Under the pieces are notes generated by a model. It worked only from the letters and a program-made list of their open reading frames with translations. It was not told the origin of the DNA and made no database searches. Of a stretch of 64,000 bases of DNA, positions 18,558 through 29,117 are shown one piece after another. Made by a program: the position numbers and the translations under genes. The stretch's first letter is position 1. The number at the start of each line of letters is the position of its first letter. The stretch comes from Patescibacteria group bacterium (GTDB lineage Bacteria; Patescibacteriota; JAQUNI01), in contig JAQUNI010000001.1 in assembly GCA_028717685.1 (NCBI GenBank), forward strand, positions 548,062-612,061. The letters run 5' to 3'.

Positions 18558-21350
18558 ATGTCTTCTCAAAAAAGAAAGAAAAAATTTGTTCTCATTGATG
18601 CCAATGCGCTCGTGCATCGTGGTTTTCACGCTCTCCCCGCAACAATGACGACGAAGTCGGGCGAGATTGTGAACGCGGTTTATGGCTTTACTTTGGTTTT
18701 TTTAAATGTTTTGGCAAAATTAAAACCAGATTATATCGCCGCTTGTTTTGATTTGGCTGCGCCTACCTTTCGCCATAAAGCCTCGGATTTGTATAAGGCG
18801 CATAGAGTGAAGGGCGCGGATGAGCTTTATGCCCAGATTCCGCGGGTGAAAGAGCTATTGCGCGCTTTTAATATCCCTATTTTTACCAAGAAAGGTTTTG
18901 AAGCTGATGATTTAGTTGGCACTCTGGCGCGGCGGATTGGGCAAAAAAACAAAGATATTCAAACCATTATCGTGACTGGGGATTTGGACACCTTGCAGCT
19001 TGTCACTGATCACACACAGATTTTTACTTTACGCAAAGGCGTTAAAGATACAGTGCTTTATGATGAGAAAATGGTGCGGGAACGCTATAGTCTTAGCCCA
19101 GAACAATTGCCCGATTTCAAGGGTTTAGCCGGGGACGCTTCAGACAATATCCCTGGAGTTTACAAAGTAGGCGAGAAAAGCGCCATCCAAATTTTAAAAG
19201 CCTTTCACTCTATAGAAAATCTTTATGCCTTTTTAGATCAACATCCCGAAGAAGAGAAATTAAAATACAAGGGTTTAGAATTAAAGGGCAAGCTTTTGGA
19301 GAATTTAAGGAAATACAAAAAAGATTCTTTCTTAAGCAAAAAACTGGGTACTATTATCCAGGATGTGCCTTTAAAATTAGATTTACAGAAGTGCGTTCTT
19401 GTTGATTTTGACCGGCAAAAGGTTTTGAATCTTTTCCGCGAATTAGAGTTTCAGAGTTTAATTTCTAAGGTGCCCCAAAGTGAGCGACTTTCAGAATCCG
19501 CGCGTGGTCTCCAAATAAAGGATAAAAAGAAAAGTTGCGATTACAGGGTTATCAAGAGCTATGCCGAGCTGAACAATTTAGTTGTTCAGCTTCAAAACTC
19601 AAAAAATGGTTTTTGTATTGATACCGAGACCACGAGCGAGAAGCCAATGTTGGCAGAGTTAGTGGGCGTTAGTATTTGTTCTCAAGCGGGGCAAGCTTTT
19701 TATATTCCCGCGCGCTACCTGGATCAGGAAGTGTTATATGACGGCAAAAGCGCTTTGGAGGTTTTAAAACCCGTTTTAATAGATAAAAATTTGCCTAAAA
19801 TTGGTCATAATTTAAAATATGACTATATTGTTTTAGCGCGCGCTGGCGTTAAGATGCGGGGCATCCCCTTTGACACGATGCTCGCCTCTTATCTTTTGTC
19901 TCCCGGCTCGCGCGCGCATTCTTTAGACGCCCTTTCTTTTAATTTATTAGGACACGAGAAGATTAAGACCGAGACATTGATTGGCAAGGGCAAGCAACAA
20001 ATTACAATGAATTTAGTAAGCCTTCCTGAAATAGCGGAATACGCTTGCGAGGATGCGGATATGACTTTAAGGCTGATGCCGATTTTAAAGAAGAAGTTGC
20101 GGGGAGAAGGATTGGAAAAACTGTTTTGCGGCGTAGAAATGCCTTTGGTAAAAATTTTGGCGGAAATGGAAATGAACGGGATCCGCGTGGACCAGCATTA
20201 TCTTAAGGATTTGGATTGGGAAATTAATGTGAAGATCCGCCTTTTTGAAAAGCGGATTTACAACCAAGCCGGGCAAGAATTTAATATCAATTCCACGCGC
20301 GAACTGGAACAAATTTTATTCCATAAATTAGGTTTATCAACCCTAGGGATTAAAAGAACCAAAACTGGTTATTCTACTGCGGCGGAAGAATTGGGGAAAT
20401 TGCGCGCCAAGCATCCGATTATTGATTTAATCTCCCAATATCGGGAACTCTATAAATTAAAATCTACTTATGTGGCGGCGTTGCCTCGTTTAATCAACCC
20501 TAAAACCCGGAGAGTGCACACGAGTTTTAATCAGACCATTACGGCTACGGGCAGGCTTTCTTCTTCTGATCCGAATTTGCAGAATATTCCTATTCGGACG
20601 AAACTCGGGAACAGCATTCGCAAAGCCTTTGTGCCGGAAGAGGGATATAGCCTCGTGGCATTGGATTATTCCCAGATTGATTTGCGCGTCGTCGCCCATT
20701 TATCCGGCGACTTGCAGCTTATTGCCGCTTTTCAGGATGATCAAGACATTCACGCCGCCACCGCGGCAAAAATCCACAATGTTAACATTGAAGACGTGAC
20801 GCCGCGGATGCGCCGCGCTGCCAAAGCGATCAACTTCGGCTTAATCTATGGGATGAGCGCCTACGGCTTGGCGCAAAGTTTAAAGATTAGCCGCGAGCAG
20901 GCGGAGGAGTTTATTGAAAGTTATTTGGAAAGCTATCCTTCTTTGGAAGAATATGTGCAGAAAGTGATCAAATTTGCGAAAAAACACGGTTATGTGCGAA
21001 CGCTTTTGGGCCGTAAGCGTCTTCTCCCTGAAATCAATTCTTCCCAAGCGCAGATTGTGCGAGCCGCCGAGCGGATGGCGATTAATATGCCCTCCCAAGG
21101 AATGACCGCGGATATCATTAAAATGGCGATGATTGCGGTGCGCAAGATAATACAAAAGGATGCTCAAGAATGCCGCCTTTTGCTCCAGGTTCATGATGAC
21201 TTGTTGTTTGAAATTAAAACCGCAAAGGCTAAATTATGGGCGCGGAAATTCAAGAAGATTATGGAAGCTGTGTATAAGCTTAAAGTGCCTTTGAAAGTGG
21301 AGGTATCCGTGGGGAAAAATTGGGGGGTGATGAAGAAGATAGAAGTTTAA
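18558..21350 (+). CDS. polA: DNA polymerase I
   Basis: Has 5'-3' exonuclease, 3'-5' exonuclease and family-A polymerase motifs (DYSQIDLRV, QVHDDLLFE). ATG at 18558 (MSSQKRKK) is preferred over the upstream TTG. Confidence 0.95.
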   Translation: MSSQKRKKKFVLIDANALVHRGFHALPATMTTKSGEIVNAVYGFTLVFLNVLAKLKPDYIAACFDLAAPTFRHKASDLYKAHRVKGADELYAQIPRVKELLRAFNIPIFTKKGFEADDLVGTLARRIGQKNKDIQTIIVTGDLDTLQLVTDHTQIFTLRKGVKDTVLYDEKMVRERYSLSPEQLPDFKGLAGDASDNIPGVYKVGEKSAIQILKAFHSIENLYAFLDQHPEEEKLKYKGLELKGKLLENLRKYKKDSFLSKKLGTIIQDVPLKLDLQKCVLVDFDRQKVLNLFRELEFQSLISKVPQSERLSESARGLQIKDKKKSCDYRVIKSYAELNNLVVQLQNSKNGFCIDTETTSEKPMLAELVGVSICSQAGQAFYIPARYLDQEVLYDGKSALEVLKPVLIDKNLPKIGHNLKYDYIVLARAGVKMRGIPFDTMLASYLLSPGSRAHSLDALSFNLLGHEKIKTETLIGKGKQQITMNLVSLPEIAEYACEDADMTLRLMPILKKKLRGEGLEKLFCGVEMPLVKILAEMEMNGIRVDQHYLKDLDWEINVKIRLFEKRIYNQAGQEFNINSTRELEQILFHKLGLSTLGIKRTKTGYSTAAEELGKLRAKHPIIDLISQYRELYKLKSTYVAALPRLINPKTRRVHTSFNQTITATGRLSSSDPNLQNIPIRTKLGNSIRKAFVPEEGYSLVALDYSQIDLRVVAHLSGDLQLIAAFQDDQDIHAATAAKIHNVNIEDVTPRMRRAAKAINFGLIYGMSAYGLAQSLKISREQAEEFIESYLESYPSLEEYVQKVIKFAKKHGYVRTLLGRKRLLPEINSSQAQIVRAAERMAINMPSQGMTADIIKMAMIAVRKIIQKDAQECRLLLQVHDDLLFEIKTAKAKLWARKFKKIMEAVYKLKVPLKVEVSVGKNWGVMKKIEV

Positions 21351-21365
21351 TTTTGATTTAGTATT

Positions 21366-22310
21366 ATGATTCTTTTTTTATACGGCGAAGACACTTTTCG
21401 CTCGCGGGAAAAATTAAAACAGATTAGAGAGAAATTTTTAGAAAAAGACAGGCAGGGTTTAAATCTCACTGTTTTAAAAGAGGATATTACTTTTAGCCAT
21501 TTCCGCGATGTGGTGCGGCAGATGCCTTTTTTGGGGAAGACGCGATTAGTGATCTTGGAAAATCTCTCCCAAGCGAAAAAAGAGGAGCAGGAAAAAATTA
21601 TGAGTTTTCTAGGGCAGGAGCATATCCCCGCTTCCACGGTTTTAGTATTTTGGGAGGAGGGAGTCCCTGACGCGCGCCGTCATCTTTTTAAAACATTGGT
21701 CAAAATAGGCAAAAAAGAGGAGTTTGATTTATTGTCAGATTATAAGAGAGAGGAGTGGATTAAGGAGCAGGCGCACAGAGCGGGAGGGGCAATTGGAAAA
21801 GAAGCGATAGCGGAACTTAGTTTTCGTCTCGGCAGTAATCTTGACGCAATCAACAATGAACTGGAAAAATTATTAGCTTATAGAGCCAAAAAAGAAGTGA
21901 GGTTAGAGGATATAGAACTGCTTATTAAACCTAAATTAGAAACAGATATTTTTAAATTCGTGGATGCCTTGTCACAAAAAGAACGTGAACCAGCTTTAAA
22001 ATTCATCTACGATCAATTTAACCTCGGCACAGACAAACTTTACCTCGCGTCAATGATCGCATACGCCTTTCGCAACTTGCTCGTAATCAAGGACCTAGCA
22101 GAACAAGGTTCGCAGAGAGAGGGCATTATTCGGGAAACGCATTTACATCCTTTCGTGGTTCAAAAAAATCTGGCGGCGGCTGCCAAATTCAGCCTTTCGG
22201 AGTTGAAAAGAATTTATGAAAAATTATTAGACTTGGACATAAAAATAAAAACAGGGAAAGTAAATCCTGTTTTCGGTTTAGAGATGTTTATTTTTGGCGC
22301 GACCGCTTAA
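21366..22310 (+). CDS. holA: DNA polymerase III delta subunit
   Basis: 314 aa beginning MILFLYGEDTFRSREKL, the typical HolA N-terminus, with a delta-subunit helical C-terminal domain. Confidence 0.7.
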   Translation: MILFLYGEDTFRSREKLKQIREKFLEKDRQGLNLTVLKEDITFSHFRDVVRQMPFLGKTRLVILENLSQAKKEEQEKIMSFLGQEHIPASTVLVFWEEGVPDARRHLFKTLVKIGKKEEFDLLSDYKREEWIKEQAHRAGGAIGKEAIAELSFRLGSNLDAINNELEKLLAYRAKKEVRLEDIELLIKPKLETDIFKFVDALSQKEREPALKFIYDQFNLGTDKLYLASMIAYAFRNLLVIKDLAEQGSQREGIIRETHLHPFVVQKNLAAAAKFSLSELKRIYEKLLDLDIKIKTGKVNPVFGLEMFIFGATA

Positions 22311-22313
22311 AGA

Positions 22314-22586
22314 TTATTTTTGCGCTGCGATTTTGTTCCAAGCCAAAGTTAACCGCGATTTTTTGCGACTGGCGGTATTTTTTTTAATGACGCCATTTTG
22401 CGCAGCCTGACCCAAGGCTTTAATGGTCTTTTGGAGACTCACTTTTGCTTCTTCTTTTTTTCCGTCGGCAATGAGCTTGCGCATCGTTTTAACTAGTCGT
22501 TTTAGATTATTTTTAATTGGCTGATTTTTTGCGGTTCTTTTTTTCGTTTTTCTTAAATATTTTTTAGCCGCTTGTTTGTTGGGCAT
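22314..22586 (-). CDS. rpsT: 30S ribosomal protein S20
   Basis: Basic helical protein starting MPNKQAAKKYLRK and ending …KSRLTLAWNKIAAQK. Start trimmed to the ATG at 22584-22586 relative to the longer track ORF. Confidence 0.85.
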   Translation of the reverse strand: MPNKQAAKKYLRKTKKRTAKNQPIKNNLKRLVKTMRKLIADGKKEEAKVSLQKTIKALGQAAQNGVIKKNTASRKKSRLTLAWNKIAAQK

Positions 22587-22789
22587 AAATATTAGATTCA
22601 ATGAATTTATTATTGGTTTCAATATAGCATAGGCAAGTGAAATGATCAAATTTTTGCTTATGAATAATTTTTAATTTTTATTTCTTAATTTTTATTAAAT
22701 TTTCAATGTTTTAATTTTTAAACATAATTTTACGGCAATATTTCCATATGGCTTTCATTGTTTAAAAATGGAATTTGATTGGAAAGGAA

Positions 22790-24757
22790 TTATTTTTTAT
22801 GTTTCAACTGTTTAATCTGATCTCTTAATTTTGCGGCTTTTTCAAACTCAAGATTTTTGGCGGCTAATTCCATTTCGTCTTCTAATTCGTGAATGAGGTA
22901 TGCCAGTTCTTCTGGGGGTATGTTTTGAAGATCCAATGCCTCTTTTTTAGTTTTTTGGATTTCTTGGGTTGGCAGAAAATCCTTGATTTTTTTCTGGATG
23001 CCCCGCGGAGTAATTTTATGTTTTTGATTATAAGCTACTTGAACTTTACGCCGCCGAGACACTTCACTGATAGCGCGGCGCATTGAGCCTGTCATTTTAT
23101 CAGCATACATCAGCACTTTGCCGTCAATATGACGGGCGGCGCGGCCCATAGTTTGAATGAGGGCGGTTTCGCTGCGCAAGTATCCTTCTTTGTCCGCGTC
23201 TAGAATAGCGACTAAGGATACCTCCGGCAGATCTAATCCTTCGCGCAAAAGATTAATACCGACGATAACATCATATATTCCTTGGCGCAGTTTTTTCAAA
23301 ATATCCAATCTTTCCATGGTATCAATCTCGGAATGGAGATGATGCACTCTAAGATTGACTCCTTCTAAATATTGCGCCAGTTCTTCAGCCATTCTCTTGG
23401 TTAAAGTAGTTACCAGAATGCGCTGTTTTTTAGCGATTCTCTTTTTGATTTCATTTATTAAATCATCAATCTGGTTCTCTATGGGTCGCACCTCTATTGC
23501 TGGATCTAAAAGCCCGGTAGGGCGAACGAGTTGTTCCACAATTTGTTTTGAATTCTGGATTTCGTATGGTCCCGGCGTGGCGGAAACAAGGATTGACTGT
23601 CGCACTTTTTTCTCAAATTCAGCGAATTTTAAGGGCCGGTTATCTAGAGCGGAAGGCAATCTAAATCCATATTCAATCAACATTTTTTTGCGCGATTTAT
23701 CTCCAAAATACATACCGCCGATTTGCGGTATGGTCATATGCGATTCATCAATGAAAAGAAGAAAGTTTCGCGGGAAAAAATCAATTAGGGTGGAGGGCGG
23801 CTCTCCCGGAGCGCGATTATCCAAGTAGCGGGAATAGTTTTCAATGCCGTTGCAATAGCCGACTTCGCGCATCATTTCCAGGTCATAGCGCGTCCTTTGT
23901 TCGATCCTTTCCGCTTCCAGAGGTTTGTTTTCTTTTTGGAAAAATTTGATTTGTTCTTTAAGTTCTTTTTTTACCTGAACCAAAAAATTATTTATACCTT
24001 GAAGAGGGGTAATCCAGTGCCGCGCGGGAAAGATTTCGATTTCCGAGATGCTCTGGATTTTTTTTCCGGTTAAGCGGTTTACTGAAGAGATGTTCTCAAT
24101 CAAATCCCCGAAGAATTCAACGCGCATTATTTTTTTATCTTCCGAAGCGGGAAAGATTTCCAGGGTGTCGCCGCGGACCCTGAAGGTGCCGCGCGTAAAA
24201 CCAAGATCGTTGCGGGAATATTGGATGCGGGTGAGTTCGCGCAAGACTTCCTGGCGGTTCATGCGAGTTTTGATTTTTAAGGCGACGGCTTGGTCCTTGT
24301 ATTCTTGAGGCGAACCCAAGCCATAGATGCAGGATACTGAAGCCACAATAATCACATCTTGGCGGGTGAGGAGGGCGGAGGTCGCGGCATGGCGCAATTT
24401 ATCTATTTCTTCGTTAATATTGCTTTCCTTGGCAATATAGGTATCGGATTGAGGGATATAGGCTTCAGGTTGGTAGTAGTCATAGTAGGAAACAAAATAA
24501 TGTACGGCCGCCTCGGGAAAAAATTCTTGAAATTCGCTCGCGAGTTGCGCGGCGAGGGTTTTGTTGTGCGAGATCACTAAAGTCGGACGATCAATGTTTT
24601 GGATTACATTAGCCATCGTAAACGTTTTGCCGCTGCCGGTTACGCCAAGTAAAGTTTGATATTTATAGCCCTTTTTGACGCCTCGCGTCAATTTTTCAAT
24701 CGCCTGCGGCTGATCGCCAGCGGGCTTGAAAGGGGATTTAAGTTTGAATATTGACAT
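22790..24757 (-). CDS. uvrB: Excinuclease ABC subunit B
   Basis: 655 aa with [10 protein letters not shown], helicase motifs, the UvrB interaction domain and the C-terminal UVR motif [16 protein letters not shown]. Confidence 0.97.
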   Translation of the reverse strand: MSIFKLKSPFKPAGDQPQAIEKLTRGVKKGYKYQTLLGVTGSGKTFTMANVIQNIDRPTLVISHNKTLAAQLASEFQEFFPEAAVHYFVSYYDYYQPEAYIPQSDTYIAKESNINEEIDKLRHAATSALLTRQDVIIVASVSCIYGLGSPQEYKDQAVALKIKTRMNRQEVLRELTRIQYSRNDLGFTRGTFRVRGDTLEIFPASEDKKIMRVEFFGDLIENISSVNRLTGKKIQSISEIEIFPARHWITPLQGINNFLVQVKKELKEQIKFFQKENKPLEAERIEQRTRYDLEMMREVGYCNGIENYSRYLDNRAPGEPPSTLIDFFPRNFLLFIDESHMTIPQIGGMYFGDKSRKKMLIEYGFRLPSALDNRPLKFAEFEKKVRQSILVSATPGPYEIQNSKQIVEQLVRPTGLLDPAIEVRPIENQIDDLINEIKKRIAKKQRILVTTLTKRMAEELAQYLEGVNLRVHHLHSEIDTMERLDILKKLRQGIYDVIVGINLLREGLDLPEVSLVAILDADKEGYLRSETALIQTMGRAARHIDGKVLMYADKMTGSMRRAISEVSRRRKVQVAYNQKHKITPRGIQKKIKDFLPTQEIQKTKKEALDLQNIPPEELAYLIHELEDEMELAAKNLEFEKAAKLRDQIKQLKHKK

Positions 24758-24834
24758 AAAAAGGTTATTTTTGTAAAATTTAGAGTTGTATTATTTATTG
24801 TAGCATAGATAGAAAAAGAAAGGAGTGATAATTG

Positions 24835-25065
24835 ATGCAGTTATGGAGAAATAAAGCAGACAATTCTTTGGCTGTGAGTAAGGACGTTTCAACTGGCTCG
24901 GGTGATCTAATTGTCATCGGTGAAGATGGAGAAGATGGTACCGTGGATATAGAAGATTGGGAACCGATTCCCTTAGAAGAATTTATGAAGGAGATAGGTA
25001 AATTAAGGAAGGGATTTGAGGCTGCAAAGAATGTGCCTTCAACGCAATTTTCGTTTCGACTCTGA
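24835..25065 (+). CDS. Hypothetical small acidic protein, 76 aa
   Basis: RBS AAAGGAG 9 nt upstream of the ATG; no recognisable domain. Confidence 0.3.
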   Translation: MQLWRNKADNSLAVSKDVSTGSGDLIVIGEDGEDGTVDIEDWEPIPLEEFMKEIGKLRKGFEAAKNVPSTQFSFRL

Positions 25066-25114
25066 AAAGAATTCTTTTTGATTTGGCATTTTTGTTTTTT
25101 AGGAGGAATAAGCT

Positions 25115-25276
25115 GTGGAAAGGGAACTTAAGTCTGGTGACTTGCTGAAGGATCCCGAGACAGGAGCATTATACATATTCCTAGGTGTTTTTATAGAAGA
25201 AGGGGGAAAGACAGTCCTTAAAATAAAATCACTGATGGTTGGTACTCTTGGAGTATGGGAAAATATAATTTTGTAA
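25115..25276 (+). CDS. Hypothetical small protein, 53 aa, GTG start; not in the ORF track
   Basis: Perfect RBS AGGAGG 8 nt before the GTG; 54 codons counted by hand. Reads VERELKSGDLLKDPETGALYIFLGVF… The opposite-strand track ORF 25099-25284 has no RBS. Confidence 0.25.
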   Translation: MERELKSGDLLKDPETGALYIFLGVFIEEGGKTVLKIKSLMVGTLGVWENIIL

Positions 25277-25426
25277 AAGTGCATGATAAAGAAAATGCCG
25301 CAATATCTTTATTAAAAGACATTAATGAAGAGAAAGCCTGCGCGGCAGGGTATCGCGACCAAACTATAAAGAAGTTTTCTGATGAGTAGCTGGTTCTTTA
25401 ATCAGATATTTGGAAGGGGACAAGTT

Positions 25427-25465
25427 AACTGAACTTTATAAGAAGGAGTTCAGTTTTTTATTTGC
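25427..25465 (+). terminator. Rho-independent terminator closing the small-ORF unit before ruvA
   Basis: Stem aactgaact / agttcagtt, loop ttataagaagg, then TTTTTTATTT. Confidence 0.55.
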
Positions 25466-25538
25466 TTTTGCTTCTTCTTTAGGCTAAAATAAAGATAATT
25501 CCTTTGATTCGTGATTCTTAATTCCTGATTCAACTTTT

Positions 25539-26105
25539 ATGATTTCTTATTTACACGGCAAAATTAAAATCAAAACGGATAAGTTTGTGATTTTAGAAGT
25601 GAATAATATTGGCTACAAGATTTTTGCGCCGCAGAATGTGCTGGAATCTTTGAATGCCGAAGGCGAGGAGCAAGAATTATTTATTCACCATCATGTTTCC
25701 GAGGATCGAGAGGAATTGTATGGCTTTTTGAACTTTCAGGACTTGGATTTTTTTGAGCTTTTGATGTCAGTTTCGGGCATTGGGCCGAAATCCGCACTTG
25801 GCGTGATGGCGCAAGCGGATACGCAAACTTTAAAGACAGCGATTATCACGGAAGATAAAAGTATTTTCACTAAAGTCTCTGGAGTGGGTCAAAAAACCGC
25901 GGAAAGGATTATTTTGGAACTGAAGACTAAAATACCGGCAGATATCACTTTGGGGGGTGGCAATCAGGATTTAGAGGCTTTAGACGCTTTAATTCATCTT
26001 GGCTATTCCCAAAAAGAAGCCCGCGAGGCTTTGCGGCAAGCGCCAAGAGGTTTAATCCTTGCCTCGGAAAGAATCAAATGGGCTTTGCAGAATTTAGGAA
26101 AATAA
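25539..26105 (+). CDS. ruvA: Holliday junction DNA helicase RuvA
   Basis: 188 aa with an OB-fold N-terminus (MISYLHGKI), an HhH pair (VSGIGPKSAL, VSGVGQKTAERI) and a C-terminal domain. Confidence 0.9.
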   Translation: MISYLHGKIKIKTDKFVILEVNNIGYKIFAPQNVLESLNAEGEEQELFIHHHVSEDREELYGFLNFQDLDFFELLMSVSGIGPKSALGVMAQADTQTLKTAIITEDKSIFTKVSGVGQKTAERIILELKTKIPADITLGGGNQDLEALDALIHLGYSQKEAREALRQAPRGLILASERIKWALQNLGK

Positions 26106-27143
26106 ATGAGAATTGTTGAAATAAATCAAAAAGAAGAGTTGAACAATTTTATTGTTCAGTATGGAGGCAGTAATTTTTTGCAATCTTGGGAATGGGGAGA
26201 GTTGCAAAAGAATTTAGGTAGAGACATCTGGCGCGTGGGGATAGAAGAAGCGGGAAAATTAGTTTTTTCCGCTTTGATTATCAAAAATAGACTGCCTTTG
26301 GGCAGGAGTTATTTGTATTGCCCGAGGGGACCGGTTTTTGAAAATTCAAAATTTAAAATTCAAAATTTAAAATTAGTTGGTTGGAAGCTGTTGTCAGAGA
26401 AGATAAGAGAAGTAGCTCAAAAAGAAAGAGCAGTTTTTTTCCGTTTTGATTATCCTGATTTACACTTGCCAGAGTTTCTGAAAGGCAAGGTTGTTCAATC
26501 TCCCAAGGATATTCAACCCAGAAGCACTTTAATTTGGGATATTACAGGGTCAGAAGAAGAAATTTTAGCCCAGATGAAGCCTAAAACGCGCTATAATATT
26601 CGTCTAGCGCAAAGAAAGGGGGTACGCGTCAGGCAAGGCGTAGAACAGACAGATTTAAATATTTTTTTAAGCTTAATTAAAGAAACCTCGCAAAGAGATG
26701 GATTTAAGATTCATCCGGAGTTTTATTATCAAAAAATGGTGGATTTTTTGGGTAAAGAAGGGATTTTAAAGATTTTTTTGGCTGAATTACAAGAAAAGGT
26801 TTTAGCCGCAAATTTAGTTTTGTTCTGGGGCGAGCGAGCGACCTACTTGCACGGCGCCTCGGGTAATGCGAATCGCAATGTGATGGCGCCGCACCTTTTG
26901 CAATGGGAACAGATTAGAGAGGCAAAACGGTTTGGTTGCAGGGAATATGATTTTTGGGGAATCATGTCGGAATTAGGAATCAGGAATCAGGAATTAGGAA
27001 TAAAGACCAATGATGAGCAGAGTTCTTGGGTAGGTATTACCAGATTTAAGAAGGGTTTTGGGGGCAGGGAAGTCAATTATGCCGGCACTTATGATTTCGC
27101 GCTTAATCATTCTTGGTATAAAATATATCGCCTATTTAAATGA
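26106..27143 (+). CDS. FemAB-family peptidoglycan interpeptide-bridge peptidyltransferase
   Basis: 345 aa with the FemX-like motif KPKTRYNIRLAQRKGV. Two in-frame low-complexity insertions are encoded by 7-nt tandem repeats at 26340-26376 and 26969-27004. Confidence 0.65.
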   Translation: MRIVEINQKEELNNFIVQYGGSNFLQSWEWGELQKNLGRDIWRVGIEEAGKLVFSALIIKNRLPLGRSYLYCPRGPVFENSKFKIQNLKLVGWKLLSEKIREVAQKERAVFFRFDYPDLHLPEFLKGKVVQSPKDIQPRSTLIWDITGSEEEILAQMKPKTRYNIRLAQRKGVRVRQGVEQTDLNIFLSLIKETSQRDGFKIHPEFYYQKMVDFLGKEGILKIFLAELQEKVLAANLVLFWGERATYLHGASGNANRNVMAPHLLQWEQIREAKRFGCREYDFWGIMSELGIRNQELGIKTNDEQSSWVGITRFKKGFGGREVNYAGTYDFALNHSWYKIYRLFK

Positions 27144-28480
27144 TTAAAAAACTAATTAAAAAATCTTTTCCTGAATCCTGGCTTCTTTTTTATCATAAAA
27201 TGTTAGCAGTTTTAGCGGATTGGATTTATCACTTTCCTTCTTCCCGAATGATTGTAATCGGGGTGACGGGCACGAATGGCAAAACTACGGTTTGCCATAT
27301 GATTCGGGATATTTTAGAGCAAGGGGGATTTCGCGTGGGGATGACTACTTCCATTGACTTTCAAGATGGGAAAAGGACTTGGGAGAATAATACCAAACAG
27401 GGAATGCCCGGTCGTTTTCGTTTGCGAAAGTTGCTCTCTCAAATGGTGGAAAACAAATGCGATTACGCGATTATTGAAACTACCTCCGAAGGTATCAAAC
27501 AGTTTCGCCATTACAGGATTGATTATAATATTGCCGTTTTTACTAATTTAACCCGCGACCATATTGAGTCTCATGGCTCTTTTGGGGCTTACCGCCAGGC
27601 AAAAGAGGAATTATTTAAAATTGTGAGCATCAAGAAGGATGGCGCGAGTATTATTAATTTAGATGATTCTAATGCCGAATATTTTTTGCGATATCAAGCG
27701 AAAAAAATTTATGGCTACGGGGCGCATTCGGAAAGAGCACGGGATGATCGAGTGACGGATCAGATTACCGCTGAAAATATCAAACTGTATCCTGAAGGTT
27801 CTGTTTTTACGGTTGGGGACAGGCTCTATAGTTTAGCTCTTGCCGGTAAACATAATATCTATAATGCCTTAGCTGGCATTTGCGTGGGTCTAGCCCAGAA
27901 TGTGCCTCCCGAGATGATTCAAAAAGCCTTGACGCGTTTCAATGGCCTTCCTGGTCGGCTTGAGGAAATTTCAAATCATCAAGGTTTTCGCATTTTTGTG
28001 GATTACGCGCATACAGAAGACGCTTTAGAGAATATTTATGAAACCTTGAAAGCGATGCCGCACCAAAGAATGATTGCGGTTTTAGGGGCGACCGGCGGTG
28101 GCCGCGATAAAAAAAAGAGACCAGAACTTGGTCGTTTAGCAGCGCGGTATTGCGATTTAGTTTTTGTGACGAATGAAGACCCTTATGACGAAGACCCGCA
28201 AGAAATTGTGAATCAGGTTTTTACTGGCGTGACCGCGGGCGGTGGAAAAACAGAAAAAGGGAACTGTTGGCACATTCTAGATCGCAGAGAGGCAATAAAG
28301 GAGGCAATCCGGAAGGCAAAAAAAGGAGACATTGTGATTATCACGGGCAAGGGTTGCGAGAGGGTAATGGCAGTCAAGTATGGATTTATCCCTTGGGACG
28401 ATCGGGAAGAGGTTAGAAAAATACTTGATCGGTTCACTCCGTTAGAGAAAGCCGCCGCCAAAGTGGCGGAAAAAATGTAG
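27140..28480 (+). CDS. Mur ligase family enzyme (MurE-like)
   Basis: Mur ligase P-loop IGVTGTNGKTT with central and C-terminal Mur ligase domains; translationally coupled (ATGA overlap) to the FemAB gene. Confidence 0.75.
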   Translation: MIKKLIKKSFPESWLLFYHKMLAVLADWIYHFPSSRMIVIGVTGTNGKTTVCHMIRDILEQGGFRVGMTTSIDFQDGKRTWENNTKQGMPGRFRLRKLLSQMVENKCDYAIIETTSEGIKQFRHYRIDYNIAVFTNLTRDHIESHGSFGAYRQAKEELFKIVSIKKDGASIINLDDSNAEYFLRYQAKKIYGYGAHSERARDDRVTDQITAENIKLYPEGSVFTVGDRLYSLALAGKHNIYNALAGICVGLAQNVPPEMIQKALTRFNGLPGRLEEISNHQGFRIFVDYAHTEDALENIYETLKAMPHQRMIAVLGATGGGRDKKKRPELGRLAARYCDLVFVTNEDPYDEDPQEIVNQVFTGVTAGGGKTEKGNCWHILDRREAIKEAIRKAKKGDIVIITGKGCERVMAVKYGFIPWDDREEVRKILDRFTPLEKAAAKVAEKM

Positions 28481-28527
28481 ATGTCGACCCTACTAGAAAG
28501 AAATTTCTAGACGGGGTTTAACGGGGT

Positions 28528-28959
28528 TCACGGTAAAAACCAGTATAACAAAAGGGTAAGAATGATTCCTAAAATTGCCCCTCCTAGCACTTCTGATAGA
28601 GTGTGCCCAATTTTCTCTCTTTGGATTACAAAGCCATTTTTTTTGTCGTCAGACAGTTCATATACTAGCTTATTAATTGCCTTACTGTGTTCGTCTAGAT
28701 AACGTCTTAAACCCAAAGCGTCGCGGACAATCAATATTGTAAAAACCATAGCCACAGCAAAAATACTGGAAAAGATACCCTCATAAAGGCCAATCAAGAT
28801 TAAGACGGAAAGGGAGAACGCTGTGTGGGTGCTGGGCATACCGCCGTAACCGATTAGAATACCGCGATTAAAGCTTTGCCCTTTGGCGAGTTTAATCGCG
28901 ATTTTAAGCACTTGGGCGACGAAGCCGACAATTAAAGGAATGAGAATAATTTGATACAT
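28528..28959 (-). CDS. Divergent PAP2 (DUF212-type) acid phosphatase-like membrane protein
   Basis: 143 aa polytopic protein with the GGMPSTHTA motif characteristic of the divergent PAP2 family. Confidence 0.6.
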   Translation of the reverse strand: MYQIILIPLIVGFVAQVLKIAIKLAKGQSFNRGILIGYGGMPSTHTAFSLSVLILIGLYEGIFSSIFAVAMVFTILIVRDALGLRRYLDEHSKAINKLVYELSDDKKNGFVIQREKIGHTLSEVLGGAILGIILTLLLYWFLP

Positions 28960-29117
28960 AAATTTGTGCCTCCGCTATTATTATACTATATAAAGAAGAT
29001 AAATTTCAAATTCAAAGCACTAAATCCTAAATAAATTACAATAGCCAAAATTCAAAATTAAAAACATAGATGAAAAGTTGAATTTTTGAGAATTGGAATT
29101 TTGAATTTATTTAGGAT

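Noticed and set aside
21347-21637. 96-aa minus-strand ORF overlapping the polA end and holA start
   Set aside because: Overlaps two well-supported genes on the other strand; no RBS.
25099-25284. Track ORF on the minus strand (61 aa)
   Set aside because: No RBS. The overlapping plus-strand GTG ORF has a perfect AGGAGG at ideal spacing and sits in a plus-strand unit ending at a terminator.
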